Assembly (NCBI RefSeq): GCF_001949145.1
Contig: NW_019091361.1
Coordinates: 2,052,919 to 2,116,918 of the forward strand
Source of the DNA: Acanthaster planci
Taxonomy: Eukaryota
DNA: 64,000 nt
Direction of reading: 5' to 3'
Positions 50,461 through 64,000 of the stretch are shown here, in pieces (the stretch's first letter is position 1; every line of letters starts with the position of its first letter). A model generated the notes under the pieces. The model saw only the letters and a program-made list of their open reading frames with translations. It was not told where the DNA came from and did no database searches. A program made the position numbers and the translations under genes.

Positions 50461-53400
50461 AAGTTTTAATACGTCAGGTAAGGGCAAAACCCGTAATTAA
50501 GATCAAGTTGAGTTGGAGGGATTGTTGGCTGTTTGATTAGTTGGCCAGCTTCTTGGTGATGGAAAGGTCTGTCAATACGAACTTGGTTCATTTAGTTTGT
50601 TTCATTGGCATAAGATGGTTCGCTATAGATGGTTCATCTGATAGTTGGTTGCTTGTTAGGATTGGTAGACCTAGGCCTACTGACTTGTAGACCAGCTTGG
50701 CTCTGTCGTGCTGCCATGCAGTGTACAGCAAACCGAGATGACTCAGCGAGCTACTGCGATTTGCCGGTTCGTTTAACGCGATGAATCAACTTTGTGTTTA
50801 AAAGACTTTTGGAGGATGATATGCAATAATAACGAACACGGTCGATAATGGGAGTTCAAGACTGTCAATCGTCAGATGCTCTCCGTGTAAAGGCGCTGGT
50901 CCGCTTTCTTGAAAACGATGAAAACCAACCTGCTACTTCTTGTAGCTGTCATCCTTGGGATTTCTGACCTGATATCTCCGCCGTGACGGAATGTGTCAGA
51001 AGCAAAAAATGAGCAAACGTTCCTCGATTGCTCATGTTTCGCAGGAAAAGGGATTTACCAATTTGGTTAAGAGGCGGGGATGAAATAACGCAGACCAGGT
51101 GGAAAGATGTGATACCTTTAGTGATTTTAGTTTCAGGTTGTTTATAAAATGATTCGCTTAGACCTATTAGTAAAAAAAACTAAATGCTCTGGAGAGAGAG
51201 AAGCAAGTACACCGTAGCAGACGTTTATAATAACAGCTATCTATGTAGGGAGGAAGTTTCTCAAGGCATTTCAAATTCCTTTCACATTCCACATTTTGCT
51301 AATGAAAGCGCATCAACTATCCATTTCGCGCCGGCTGTAGTGTGATGTCCACGAGCCAGCTGCTTGCTCACTTAACGTTCCAGATTGTTCTGAGCAGGAG
51401 AACCCTGCACCTCACCTTGGAAGACAAGAATGAGAAATCCAGAGGCTCTGGACCAAGATCTTCGCAGGCATCAAAGGTCACCAGGCAGGGCACATTTGGT
51501 GAACACGTTACTGGATTCAATGTACATATGGCGCACTGCGGGATCGCCCTCAAGCCGGGAATCCGAGTCCGTAAGATGAATCACGTTCCGGATTTGACAC
51601 TCACCGAAATCCAAATCCGTTTGGCATTACACACTCGGACCATTACAATAACACGATTAGGCCGACAACTCGGGCTTAGCGGTGCTCTGAAAGTCTCAGA
51701 TGGATTTCATGCCTGCTCTGATTTGTTGGGGATTCTTTGACTGCATCACTCCACCAACCAAACATGTTGGATTACTTCAGGCAAATCTCGCATACAGTTA
51801 CATCAACGGAGAGAAGAAGGATGCAAAAATGTTTTCGATTAAACTACTTTGATTTATTAGCTTGATCCCCTGTAGCTGCGGAAACGAAGCCGATGGCCTC
51901 CGTTAAGCACTAACAGGCTATAATTATTGTCATGTGGTCCTTGAAAAAAACATAGCGGCACTCCTTGGTTATTGCCACCATTTTGGCTCTCCTTTGCATC
52001 AACAGGCTGTATTAGAAAGGTAAAAAATAGAGGTGTGAAAATGGAGCCACGATGAATGATGTCGGAATGGCGCCAGTTCCGAAAGAAATGCAAAATGGAA
52101 ATCCAGGATTTCATCGTGCCTCCAAAATTAGGTTCAAGGTTACTCAATGCACGCTTTCATGACGAGATCTTGACAGCACAGCTTCTTATTCAGAAATCTA
52201 AACTAGTTAGCGTTCTTTTTATCGACTTTCTCTCACGTTTCCTTGATTGATGGGTGTTTCCGCGAGACGACTTCACTTATTTGTCTTTTTATAGAGATGG
52301 GACCCGCTACATGTTTACATCTTCAGGAAAACAACATATTCCCTGGGGATGTGATGACAGCATAAACCTGCTTGTTCGATAAGAAAATATCAGAAACACA
52401 TTAAATCAAGCCGGTTGTCGACGTCAGAAACATTTGCTGTTTTGCTGACACCGTTTGCAAACTCCCGAACCGGGAGTGACACATTACTCATTCCCTTTCC
52501 TCCAAGGAACACCTAAGATGCTCCCCTGATTCGTCTTAGACACCTTAACGAGAGGAAAAGGGCTTGGTGAGGGGGTTATTCTGTCGACGAGTGAGGGGAA
52601 GCCCCTGGGGTGTCAGATGGCAGCGCTGAAAGGAAAGAGATCTTGATTCGAACCGGAACGCCTCGGGCGCTCGGTCTGAGAGCGGTCCAGTGGTGTGTTG
52701 AGAAATACTTGGGGCTGGGGATCAGAACAAGCTAACGCCTATGGACATACCCACAGGTGTCTCTCTGTAGCTATCCGAAACACTGCAGCCCATCATTTCT
52801 AAGACTTTGGGGGCAAGTTGTCCATTCATTGTCAAAGATATACAGATGTTGCTCCCATCGTGTCTGAGAAGTTCTTTTCTCCACGGTAAACGGTGCATCT
52901 ACACAGAAATCAGTTAGGTTCGACGCTCACGCGGCCGATAATTGAGGTGGTAGATTACTTCGCGTCAAAGACGAGGAGTTGGAGAAGATCAGAAATTGCG
53001 AACAGTGATTAAAATCTCTCAAGGAAACTCAAGAAGATAAGAGAACGTATGTATAATCAGAAAAGCCTGGTTTTCAAAGTTCAGTTCTGAGTCAGCCAGT
53101 GAGTATTGCTGTTTGGTAGAGTGTTTCAGCTCCAGACCATTGTGTAATTGTAGTGCAAGTATAATAATGTGTAGTTATATTTCTGTGATAGCATTGGAAT
53201 TATTTGAAATTCGTATGCAACTTCAACATTTATAATGTGATCGGCTAAATCGTCTGTTCAACCAAGGCGAAAATTCCAGTGCAAGCAAACCTGGTTGTGA
53301 CACTTGACATGTTAAGATGAAATGACGTGTCAAAACTTAACGACTTTGCATATAGGCCTGACTGCACAGCTGTCCCTGCACCACGTTGGCCTTTTTCCCC

Positions 53401-56400
53401 TGTCTGTACACTGCATCGGATCATGATCAAACTGACGCATAAATAACTGACACAACTTTCAGCCAATTGCCCGTTGGACTGTCTGCAGTGAGCCCGTCCG
53501 TGCTCAACGAACCAATGCAGATGCGTACGTGAGGCACTGCACAGATCCAACAAACGGCTGTTTTATGTATGCTATTTCCAGGCTCTTTAACCCATCAAGC
53601 TTGACAGGTTTATGCGCAGTGGCAACCTGCGTATATGCGTATTGCCTTAACCCGATACCCCCTCGCGCGAATGTCGGAATTTCTTAAGTTTCTGTTGCGC
53701 ACAGCTACACACAGAAAGTACGTCGTGGGCGGTCTGGTGAACTTCGAGGACCGCCCTTGTCCTTTCGAAGATTTTTCAAGTATAGAATATGCTTTCTCGT
53801 TTTGTTCTTAATCCAGTTGATGGAGGATTCTTGGCCGATCCTCTCTCATCACTTTTGTCCATCAGTTTACTCGGTTGTCTCCGGCTTTGTTGCTGGGGGA
53901 GTACATGGACTGGAAACGTAAAGCAAACAAACCCATTCAAGTGTTGATCACGTCAACGACAACTGGGAGTGAGATTGTAAGGGAACAGACTAAAGGGTGA
54001 AATATTGGAAGAGATAAAATTTCCTACTTTGCAACGAACCACGATATGGTTCGATCAACCTTCTCCAAGAGGAAAGTGCATTCGCTCTCCCGAAGTATGT
54101 CTGAAGCAACTGTTTGTCTGTGTCAGGGCTGTCTCTCTCTCTACAGTTCTAAAAGTAAGAATGCAGATGTCACACGGCCTAATAAATGCGAAAGTGCATC
54201 TCAATCTCTTTCAGATAGTTCGAAGGTTGGGTCGATCGTGGTTGCCTTCAGAGTTCAAAAGACACGTCACATCTGAAAAGAGTGAACGTTTTCATTTGAA
54301 ACCCACTCGACTGAAAATAAAAAAAAATGAATTGGAAGGAAGGAGTGCCATGCCACCCCGAAATTAATTTCACCAGCAGTTTATCACCAAACAATGTGTT
54401 GCTTTGGCTTTCCTAATACAGTTGATGATAAGCTGATTTAATTCGTCTCCTCCGGGAATTGCCCTGTTCGCTCTGAAGACCGTGTTTAAAAAACATTGAC
54501 GAAGCTTCCTTTCTGTTTGGTCCATTATCATCGCTAGTGAGAGATATCAGTAACCCTATAGTCAGTCGGTGAAAGAGCGCTTGTCTTTTTAAGCAAATTG
54601 GTTGAATTTACGACCGTTTTTTTCGCACAGTAGCCCATATATAGTTTCCTGCTTCATCCCAACTTTCTCGCAAAAAACAAGTACACATGGAAGTGCGTAA
54701 ATTCAGGGTCAGAGAAGATCGTCGGCGGAAGCCATGGGTTTTCACCCAGGTGCAAACCCTTGCTTGTTTGCAAGACCGTTAATCAATCGGCAATTATTAA
54801 TGACTTGTTTACTTCGGTAGCCATGAAATAGAGGCGGGGGTAACAGGGGTGCCTTTTCACCGTTTGGTCATGACTTGACATCACGATTCGTACACAGTCT
54901 GAACCGCTTGTGAAAGTTATACAATGCAACATGTTTACACGATCACAATGTAAGCTTGCTCTGAAGAGGGGCACTGTGATCCGAAAAAGCTGACAAATGC
55001 TGTCTGTCGCAACTTCCTTTGCCGACAAAAACACCGGAAAATGCCAACCGTACGGGGTGCAACTGTTCACTGATCTCTTGTCACATCAGAGACAGCGTGT
55101 AAATTGGTCTAGATTTATTCCACTGTCCTCTTTTGTCAATTATTAAAATGTGGTGGGATTTTACAACTTTAGTTGCATCGAAAGCATATGAAATGTTTCG
55201 TGAGAGGAAATGGAAGTTTTTCGCCAATTCCCAGGATATTTCGTTTCGCTTTTGCCGACCAGCTATTTAACCAACTAAATCAATGGGTTGTCAGATTTTG
55301 TTTCAATCAGGTATTGATAGGTATGAGTGTAAAAGAAAAAAAACGTGCGTGGGAAGTGAAGGTAATTGCCCAATCCCAATGGACTAAAAAAAAATTAAGG
55401 TGTTCAAATGAACTTCTCGCATGATTCACTGATGGAGCTAATGTGAAGTGGTGTTGAAAATGTTCAACCGCAGTAACGAGCTCTGTAAGAGATAATGTTT
55501 TATCTTAACGTTGTGGCACCTGAGCCCACACTGGGTGTTACAAAAAGTCGAGACTGTTCCCGCAGGGAATAGAATTGCACGCAGACAGCACGCCTCCGAT
55601 TGTAAACGTGCTCTTTTCTCAATGATGTCATGCATGCACTTTCTGTGATCTGTATACTTCACGTGGTCTAAATTAATATAGAACTAGTTCAATTTGACAG
55701 TATGTTTGCTAACATATTCCGCAACTGCTGTCAACTAAGACATCCCTTTTCTTACCAAAAACGCACCAGGAAAGTAATAACTGTGTTTACACAAGACTAA
55801 TAATTTTATGAGTTTTATTCATATGTGGATAAGCATTCACCAAGCAAATAAACACACAATAGTTTTTGGAAAGGCAGGAACCATTGCGATACATTTCTGT
55901 AAACGATCTTGCAACAAATCTTCATTACCAATGGCGTGCGGATGTAAACTTGAGTGAATTATTGAAGCTTGGAAAGTAAAGATACCAAACTGCGAAGGTG
56001 TCATACCATTACGTATAAATCACCCCAAGCGGAAAAACACCTAAATACCACCAGAAGATGCCGCCATATCGGGCCTCACCCTTGGAGAGTGTAGCTCATG
56101 TAGCTTGTTATATCTCTGCCAGTGGTTTAGCCGCACTTTGACGCGTAACTATTTTAAATAGATTTCTTTTTCAGAACAGGCGCGGTTCCAGCCCAAAGGG
56201 AAAGGGATTTGAAGGCTTTTCAAAATTTTAATCGGGAAATTTCATTACTATAGGATTATAGTTCAGCTGTCATTGAGTTTTCGATCACATGGATGAAAAT
56301 TATTTCCAAATTCATCTGATTTTTTGATTAAAAAGTGATGAATAAGATGACCCGTTCTGGTTGGGGATTGGACATTACATACAACAGACATCATTTCATG

Positions 56401-57500
56401 AAATAGCTCGGTAGTATCTGAGTTGTAAAGTCATCATGAAATCGATCACTTTTGGTATAGTCCTCACCAGTATCACTAGCAAAATGTTTTGAAAGCGAGG
56501 TCTCTTTCTTTGAAGAAATTTCGCCAGGATGGCAGCACTGAGTCCTACCGAGTTCGTCCATCTTAAATCAAAACCTCTTTCCGACATATGACGAGTCCGA
56601 TAAAAACATATTTGCCGACATGCATAAATTACAAGAAAAATCAACAAGTCAACTTTTGTCTCCAATCAATACATCAACAGCTTCCGAAATTTCTGCCAGA
56701 CTTAACTGGGACTGTAAACAAGCCGTCTATGTTTTCAGGGAGTTGAACTTTTCTAATTCATTTATATTTCTCAAATTATCAAACAGATTGAGAGCATGGT
56801 TTATATTTTGGCACCGACGTGTCTCCAGGATGTCGTGCAAGTGTTCACCACTTGAAAAATGCTCCCTTGATGAACTGACTGGTGACCTTTGACCTTCCCT
56901 TGCTTCTGAAATTAGAGGGACGAAAAAAAGGCGGCATCCAGACATATTGCCCTTCAAAATAAAACAGAGGAAAGTGCGTACTCGTCGCGGGTACTGAAAG
57001 ATTGTTGCAGTTGTTGCGGGTCAACAGACAATCAAAAAAGTCTTCTGTCGGATCCACATATGGCTCAGTACTTTCCAGTGTCATTTGTAACAGTGATTTA
57101 GTGGGAAGGTTTAGCAGGGAGCGAACATTGACTCCGTGTAGCACTTTAGAAAAAAGTGTTACCCGTCTGGGGTTTGAAGTAGGCCTACAAGGAATTAAAC
57201 ACCGCGTTTGTTGTATTAACTGTGACCTGATTGAAGCTGTCATGTATTGCCACCACTGGCAATATGTGAGTCTATTTTATCCCAGCATGCACATATGATC
57301 ATGCCGGTAACAATGTTAAATCTCAACAACTATATTTTGCACAAACCTATTAGAAAAATCAATTTTGGTATATTGTAATTTGGATCCTTTCAATTTGGTT
57401 TTGTTGTTGCAGTCCATTTGACGACGCATCTTGGACGTGTCTGAGCTTCGTATTGTAGTACGCAGGTGCCATATTGTTATTATGGTCATCGGTGTGCGCT

Positions 57501-57687
57501 AAGGCCGGTTCATACTCGGCGCAAAAGCGAACACAAACTCGATTTTGTGATGTCAAAATTAAATATTCGCACTGCAAATTCGCAAAAGTTGAACACCTGT
57601 CAATTTGAGCTAATTTTTCTGCAAATATTTCGTGACATCAAATTCGCTTTGCTTTCACATTCGCCTGTGCTAGTATGAACCAGCCTT
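57501..57687. mobile_element. Palindromic MITE (possibly PIF/Harbinger-related)
   Basis: TIRs AAGGCCGGTTCATACT / AGTATGAACCAGCCTT (15/16) plus inner symmetry TGATGTCA...AAATATTCGCA / TGCAAATATTT...TGACATCA. Superfamily assignment is a guess. Confidence 0.85.
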
Positions 57688-60600
57688 TAGGCAGGAGTGA
57701 TGGTAGGCTTCATTCCATAACACGCTCCTTAAATCCGATTTCTTCAAGCCGCTATCCACGGTGCCATTCGACAGAGACAACAAATGTTCGGACTGAAATA
57801 ACGGTAGAGCGCATCAAATGTTTTGACTGACAACAGAGTCGATGACCGCAAACACGATGACCTTCGCGAAGATTGCTGTTATTGAAAGCCCACGCTGATA
57901 ATGTGTCCGCGTGAGATTTCCAGAACAGTCGGACATTCTTGACGAAGTAACTTTCTGGGGTCCTCAGTATTGACCGCATCTCAGATCATATCAACGCGCT
58001 TGGGCAATGACTGGGTGTGTCCTCGATCATCAACAGACATTCTTAAATAACCTGAGACGTTCTCCATTCCTATTGGAATTCATGACGATGGCGATAATCA
58101 GCACAGGTTTCTTTACTTCAAAGTTGTCTCTAGTCCTGCATGCATTGCACGATCATTAAAATTTACAGTAGAAAACATAGGCCTATTGCTCTTTCTTGGG
58201 GCCAATGGGGGTAACGATGGCCATTCTACTTCCATTAGAAACGTTTGCGATTAATTAAGACGTTACCAAAATATCTGAATGCCAGTTAGACCATAGAGCA
58301 AGGACTTTGCCATCATATGGTAAGCTATAAATAACCCACGAGCACGCAGGAATCAGAAGCTCCTGTGGCTATTTTTGCTGTGTTGCCATTTTGACCTGGT
58401 CGTGGCAAACTGCTGTCAAGCTTTGGATCCTCTTTTCGGCCGGCTGCAGTGCAGAGTGCTCATAGCAAGCGCGGACCTACTTTTTAAAGTGATACCAAGT
58501 CACGTGTGGCCATTATTGATGTAGAGTGAATTCGTGTACCAAAAGGACGTGGGTAAGAAGCAGGGGAGGAGTTGGTAAACAGTTGATCCCGCTGCGGCTG
58601 TATTATCAAATCTCCGTCCCGTTCAAAGTCAGTCCCCAGTGGTGCCTCGGGGCTGTGCCGTACGGTGCACACGTCGCCCTATTTACTTTGGGCAGCGGCA
58701 TTTGCGTGTGCATGGAGTAGAAAAGGGGGGCTCTATTTAACACCCAAATACGAGATGAGTGCCATGTTGTCGTGAATGAATTCCCCTTCCCTTTTGACAG
58801 CGTCCGAAGGGAATTGCGGAGGTTTGCTAGCTTGGAGTTTATGGGACTGAAAGTGCATGTAGGCCACTGCTCAATCGTTTAATCCAAAGAGGACACCAAA
58901 CTTGTCAAAGACGCAAATTGAAATCAGTTACAGTACCATGTCATTATTGAAATATCAGGTTGGATAATATTTTATGATTAAATTTTGGTCCAACATCGAT
59001 GCCATGGGCGCGTAAGGTAACATAAGTGATATCATTTACAGACAAAATTTTATCATGAAATTTTAAGTGTCAGCTACTAAGTTTGTTCTATTTAGGTCTA
59101 TTCACCGCGAGTATGGACACTGTGCCTATTTCCATTTACATGTAATATCCTTTTTTTAATTGGGGAGAGGGTTTTCTAACCACAAGGAATTAGAAGTTCC
59201 TCCAGTCTGAAATCTCTGGCCACGATCTAGTACTTTCATGGTGATTTCCTAGTCTGATAGATCCACCATTGAAACCTGACTAGAAGTCTGGGGGCTTTTC
59301 ATTCAACACATACCCAGTGTAGGCTTTGATTCTTTCTCATATCCAGGTGGAAAGCTCGAGGGAGATAACAATTTCAAATTCCCAAGAGGACTTCGGTTAA
59401 GTGTCCTTTTACTTTTTATCTGGAAAGCCGTGTTTAAAAGAATAATAATGACAAACAGTACACCTTATTTGCTGTGTATTCGGTTCGCTTTTTGGCAAGT
59501 AACCTGGCTCCAAATAGTGAAATAGGTTGCATTCCGTGACTGACCTGCGGCTATGAGATAGAGACCTGTAAACCGAAGAAAAGGCAGAGAAGTGGCCGGC
59601 GGGGATCGATTGCCGCTCGCTATTGTTGGCGCTGTAGTGGTGGGAGCCTCGCTTCTGTGGCGGACGGGCCTGAGAAATATGGAAGACAAAGATCCGTAGG
59701 GAAATCCAAGATGCTTACGGGAAGCTGAGATGCGCTATTCTAGTGGATATCCCGATTTCTTAAAAGTAAAATAGTACACTCGACTCTGAATCTGATACAG
59801 TTTGTTTTGACAAGAAATAGCCGGTTTATAGTGGCAATGACAATATCACGTCCATCTTCTGGGTCATCGAGAGGTCACATGGAACACAAGGTAGGCCTAT
59901 TATTTTCATCTTTGACAGTCCTTCTTGGTGTACCGGTATACTTTATCAAATGACCGAGCGAAGGGAGCTATATAATCTTTATGTAAATTGTTTATAGCAG
60001 TCAGCTCATAAAAAGAGGGCAAAAATCATAGTTCTGTTTTGCAGCGTAGCCAGGTACTGATTTAGGGATAGTTCTCTTAACGTGCGCAAAAGCCGCACAC
60101 CTCTTTAATATAGTTTTTACAGACATTGTCGAGCTGCCGAATGACATGCGCAATATATTAACCCTCGTCCTGCCGAACTTCGCTTCTGGGGATGATCCCG
60201 GTTTCATATGAAGACTAATGAAAATATTTTTGTCATGTTCGGATTTACCACAGAGGAGTATTACCTATAGGCCTAACTGTGAAATTCGACTCGGATTCGA
60301 TCGAGGAAATACGATATTTTTCGCAGAAGTTTGTCTTTCCCTTTCCTTTAATACATCACTAAAAATGCCTGGAAGGGTTCTTTTTGTGATGGCCTTTGTC
60401 AAGTATTCATCACGTTGACCTCATTTTGCACAATGGAGTGAAATTATGAATCACCTTATACAGCTCATGCTCCTCGAAGTCCGCGTTTTGTAACCACCAA
60501 TCCACACTTGGTACGTGGGTGTTGCAACATTGCGAATGGCCTATTGCATAAATGCCTAATTGATTTCTGCTTTAGGTGATCTGATTTTGATAAAGCTCTT

Positions 60601-61541
60601 TGCCCCGGGCAAACTTCCTGTGCGGGAGTTATGCAACTCATTCGCCCGGAATGTTGCTTGATAGTTCTTCTGCAGGCGGCAGCAATATAACTTTCGCTTT
60701 GGCTCTCTGGTCCACCCTCAGTGTTATCACGCACTGTCCTTCTTAATGTTAATAACCAAAGAAATTGTATGTGTTAATTTTCTGGCAGTCCTTAAAATAC
60801 TTCGAATAATGGGGGCTAAGCATTTCCTGAGCTCATGATTTCAATGTATCATAATTCTTACTGCTTTGGGGATTACAGAGCAATCCCAGTTTCCTGGCTG
60901 ATCTATTAGGACTTTGACAAGGTCCTATTTATTTCTTCAACAGAGTTGTGAAAGACAACTGCACTTGTATAATTGATGACTAAATTCAATCATATATGCT
61001 TATTACACTAATCTGAAGCAAAGCCAGATATCCAGTGCACCTAAAAGTTAAAACGGCCATCGAGATGGTCATCGTGATAGGATGGGATAGGATAGGGGTC
61101 CTTGCCCCCTTACTGAATCAAGGAAAGGGGGCCGTCTAATGAAACTCGGAAACACTAATAGACGGAAACCGGGTGTATCAGCACTGGTCTCACACGCAAC
61201 AGCAAGGGAATTGCACGACTGCGTCCATCTTAATTCTACTCCATATTTTTTACATCCATGGTTTTAAATACCCGATCATAGGCCTACACTTCCATTCGTA
61301 TTTTATTTACTTCCTCAGCTGAAAAGACAACTGTTTGCTGATATAAGGTACCGGTATATTTAATTGCTACTAATCGTGGTTATGCTGTACTGCGTTTTAT
61401 TTGGCTATTGTCTGTTGCAGGTGTTAGCTTTACGGAGAAGCATGGGCTGTTTTTTTGTTAGAATAAAAACTTGTCACAGAATTACCGTGTAAAATCAGAT
61501 TCTTATAGACTCATCGCATGAATATCAATGATAGATAACAA

Positions 61542-61744
61542 CAGCGGCGTAAATAAGGGAAGCATGGGGCCTAGCCCTCTCTAGGCCTGTGCCCCCTCCT
61601 GTGTACCTCCCCCGCTTAGAAATTAGAGAGGGAAAATACCGCCATTGTCAGTGGTTAACTGTGACCGAACCCCATCGAGTGCTCCCTCCAGAAAAAGAGG
61701 GCCCCCAAGTGCCCACCGTCCTACAAAATGTGGATATGAGGGTG
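61542..61744. mobile_element. Degenerate MITE-like remnant (CAGCGGCGTA terminus)
   Basis: Head similar to 34069; GC-rich body with repeated GTGCCCCC-like motifs; right end eroded. Confidence 0.35.
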
Positions 61745-64000
61745 TTAAAGGTTCGTGGTCGGTAAGATTCCAATTCGGTCTTTTCACGTCTCGTAACTTT
61801 TTTTAATTTAAGTACCCGCCCTTGATTGTTTGCACAAATTTTCCACTGTCTGAAACACAGAGGTTCTTGAATAGCGACGGTAGTTTTCTGAGTTAAAATT
61901 GCCTAAGCAAGAGTGGCTGTCCCATCTTGGTCGGTCAGACGTCTCACTTCCGCCCCATCTCTAATTTGTGGTTACTGCAATCATGGCTGCAATCACCACC
62001 TCACTTTAAGGACACGCAGGATTCATCTTAACCACTCCCTCAAATTTCATCAGCTCAGATGCATGCCCCGCCCTCTTTCAGTCAGTGCATCTCGTTTCAA
62101 CGCTGCAGATTTACTTTTTTCACACTCCCTGATCACAGACAATGACAGGTTACGTAATGCGTGGTTGTCAACTGCTCGGCCTGACAGGCCACTGGTCGCT
62201 CCCTCTCGTCTCACCATAGAGCTACAAACCCACCAACCCGTGATGAGCACGACCGTTTCCCGCACATATTCTGCAGGCTCGCCCGTTACACGAGATCTTC
62301 ATATTCTTATGCATAGGGGCCTACCAACTGAATTTACTAATTTCTAACTTTGCAGGACTAATCCTCAGTAATTCCTACGGATTAGGCGCAGGAAACTCGT
62401 CAATCAAAAATGTACCGCGTCCTCTGTTGCTGTTCCCCATTCGCGAGGAACTTATCAATTTGAAGAGATGTTGGGCACGAGGCGTTATTCTGATGAAGAC
62501 AGAGATAATGGGTGACGAGGTCTCCAATTTTAGGTCAGGGATGTGAAGAGCCACAGTGATCACAGTTGTTATCATAAGAGGTTCCTTTTTTGGTATCAAA
62601 TTACATCTTTCTTGCTACCAAGGACTAATTCTCGCGCGATGCTTGCCGCTGTACTAGAGCTCCCTTTTTGATCAGTATTGACTTAACGTATGAGACATTT
62701 TTCTTGAATCACTGCTTTTGTCTGCTTCTCCGAACTGACTCATTCCATTTTGGATGTGATAATGGGATGTATTCGCAAATAAGGCGTCAAGTCTCAGGTG
62801 GGCCGACAAGACGCCTCTCATGAAGGTAGTGAAGCTTCTTTTCAGAGAATATATCTTTTTAAACAAGGTTTGCCCTGCATGCTAAATAGATTGAAACAAA
62901 ACAAAGCAAAGTATGCCCCATGTACACCGAGTTACCAAATTTAATTTCATAAGCTTTCAACAAACTCGAGAGATATTGTATAGGCTATGTACGCCCACCT
63001 GTAACTGAACAAAAATGACCAATCCCATGGTGCATAGCAATTTACCTATTTCAAGAGGTTCACTGTTACAAACAGTGATGCTTTCCATCTTTAAAAGTGA
63101 GATATATTTCACAGTCATCTCCCTATTACACGCTCGAAATTCTCAGTCAGTAGCTCCACCTCAAATTGAACTAACCAAGAATCTATATTACCCTCCAGGG
63201 AACTGAGTCAGGGAACCTGTTTTTGCCGAGGAGCGGGGAAGAGATTTCACCAACAAATTACAGCTAGTCCGCACGGAGCCACCGCTTTTTAACACGTGCG
63301 TGAAAATATATTTCACGGAGGGAAATACTGCTAATTGGTGTCGCGATAAAAAGATGTTCCAAAATGTTTGAAGGGGTCACGGACTGTGCCTGAATCCAAC
63401 CGGCACTGAGAACGGAAGAGAGGTGCCGGGTGAGAACTATCTGCGAGGAACTTTTATGTGATCAGGATTCCCCTATCGATCGCCCTAAACGGTGAGCTGG
63501 TGTGCCATACACTATCATGCGAAACTGTCCCACGAAGTTCGATCGATGCAGGACGGGAATAAATAAGTTGCTCTTTGTCAAAACTCGCCCGTTGATCTTT
63601 TGGTTGGTCTTTTTGTCGATGAATGTTTTTTTCCTCTGAAGAAAGTCAAGAATTTTTTGACTGCTTATGATCATTCCCATCAGTCAAGACTCAAATATTA
63701 TACATGCGGTTTGGCGCTTAGTTTCGGTAATAAATAAGTATTTGCAAAGTTTCCGTGAAAACGTATCAGAATAATACCATTTTATGAGAAGTATAGCTGA
63801 AATTATAGACTGGTTTGTCAAACATTTAACAATGCATCCACACTCGTTTGGACTAGCTTGGACACTGTCAGTATCTAGTTAGACACTCTCTAGCAGACGA
63901 CAAGAAGGTTGCATCTCTTCACGTGTACTGAAAATAATTGTCACCTTGCAGGAAAGCAGACTTAAATAGGCGAAACACAATAGATGGTATCTGGAGGCTA

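Noticed and set aside
54961..54990. Hammerhead ribozyme core (CTGAAGA...GAAA)
   Set aside because: Stem II is weak, and stems I and III with a UH cleavage site could not be formed.
51342..62347. Assorted 100-145-aa ORFs (e.g. 51342-51740, 54005-54367, 56845-57243, 61913-62347)
   Set aside because: No recognisable domains, transposase/RT motifs or consistent splice framework; lengths are as expected by chance with alternative start codons.

Overview
Eukaryotic (animal) genomic DNA of roughly 40% GC. It has spliceosomal introns, many short non-autonomous DNA-transposon (MITE-like) inverted repeats and one 753-nt assembly gap. A marine invertebrate deuterostome such as an echinoderm is plausible, but that is inference only. 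Just two protein-coding genes are well supported, both in the first 5.4 kb and arranged tail-to-tail. (1) The 3' part of a spliced, divergent non-RD protein kinase gene on + (exons <1-266, 383-550, 841-917, 1078-2311; HNDLHFGN/DLG motifs). (2) A class-A GPCR on - with an intronless CDS (4153-5322), galanin/allatostatin-receptor-like and resembling GPR151, in which DRY is DEC and NPxxY is KPxxY. The remaining ~58 kb has no convincing protein-coding ORF. It looks like the 5' regulatory/intronic territory of a large + strand gene or lncRNA, with CpG-rich candidate first exons at ~14.5 kb and ~21 kb and a stop-containing internal exon at 38.9 kb. The most unusual signals are a degenerate miR-31-like hairpin at 6454-6530, a strong excess of the palindrome TAGGCCTA (at least 13 copies) and several long palindromic MITEs. 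No CRISPR, prokaryotic system or intact autonomous transposon is visible. All calls were made by eye, without database searches.
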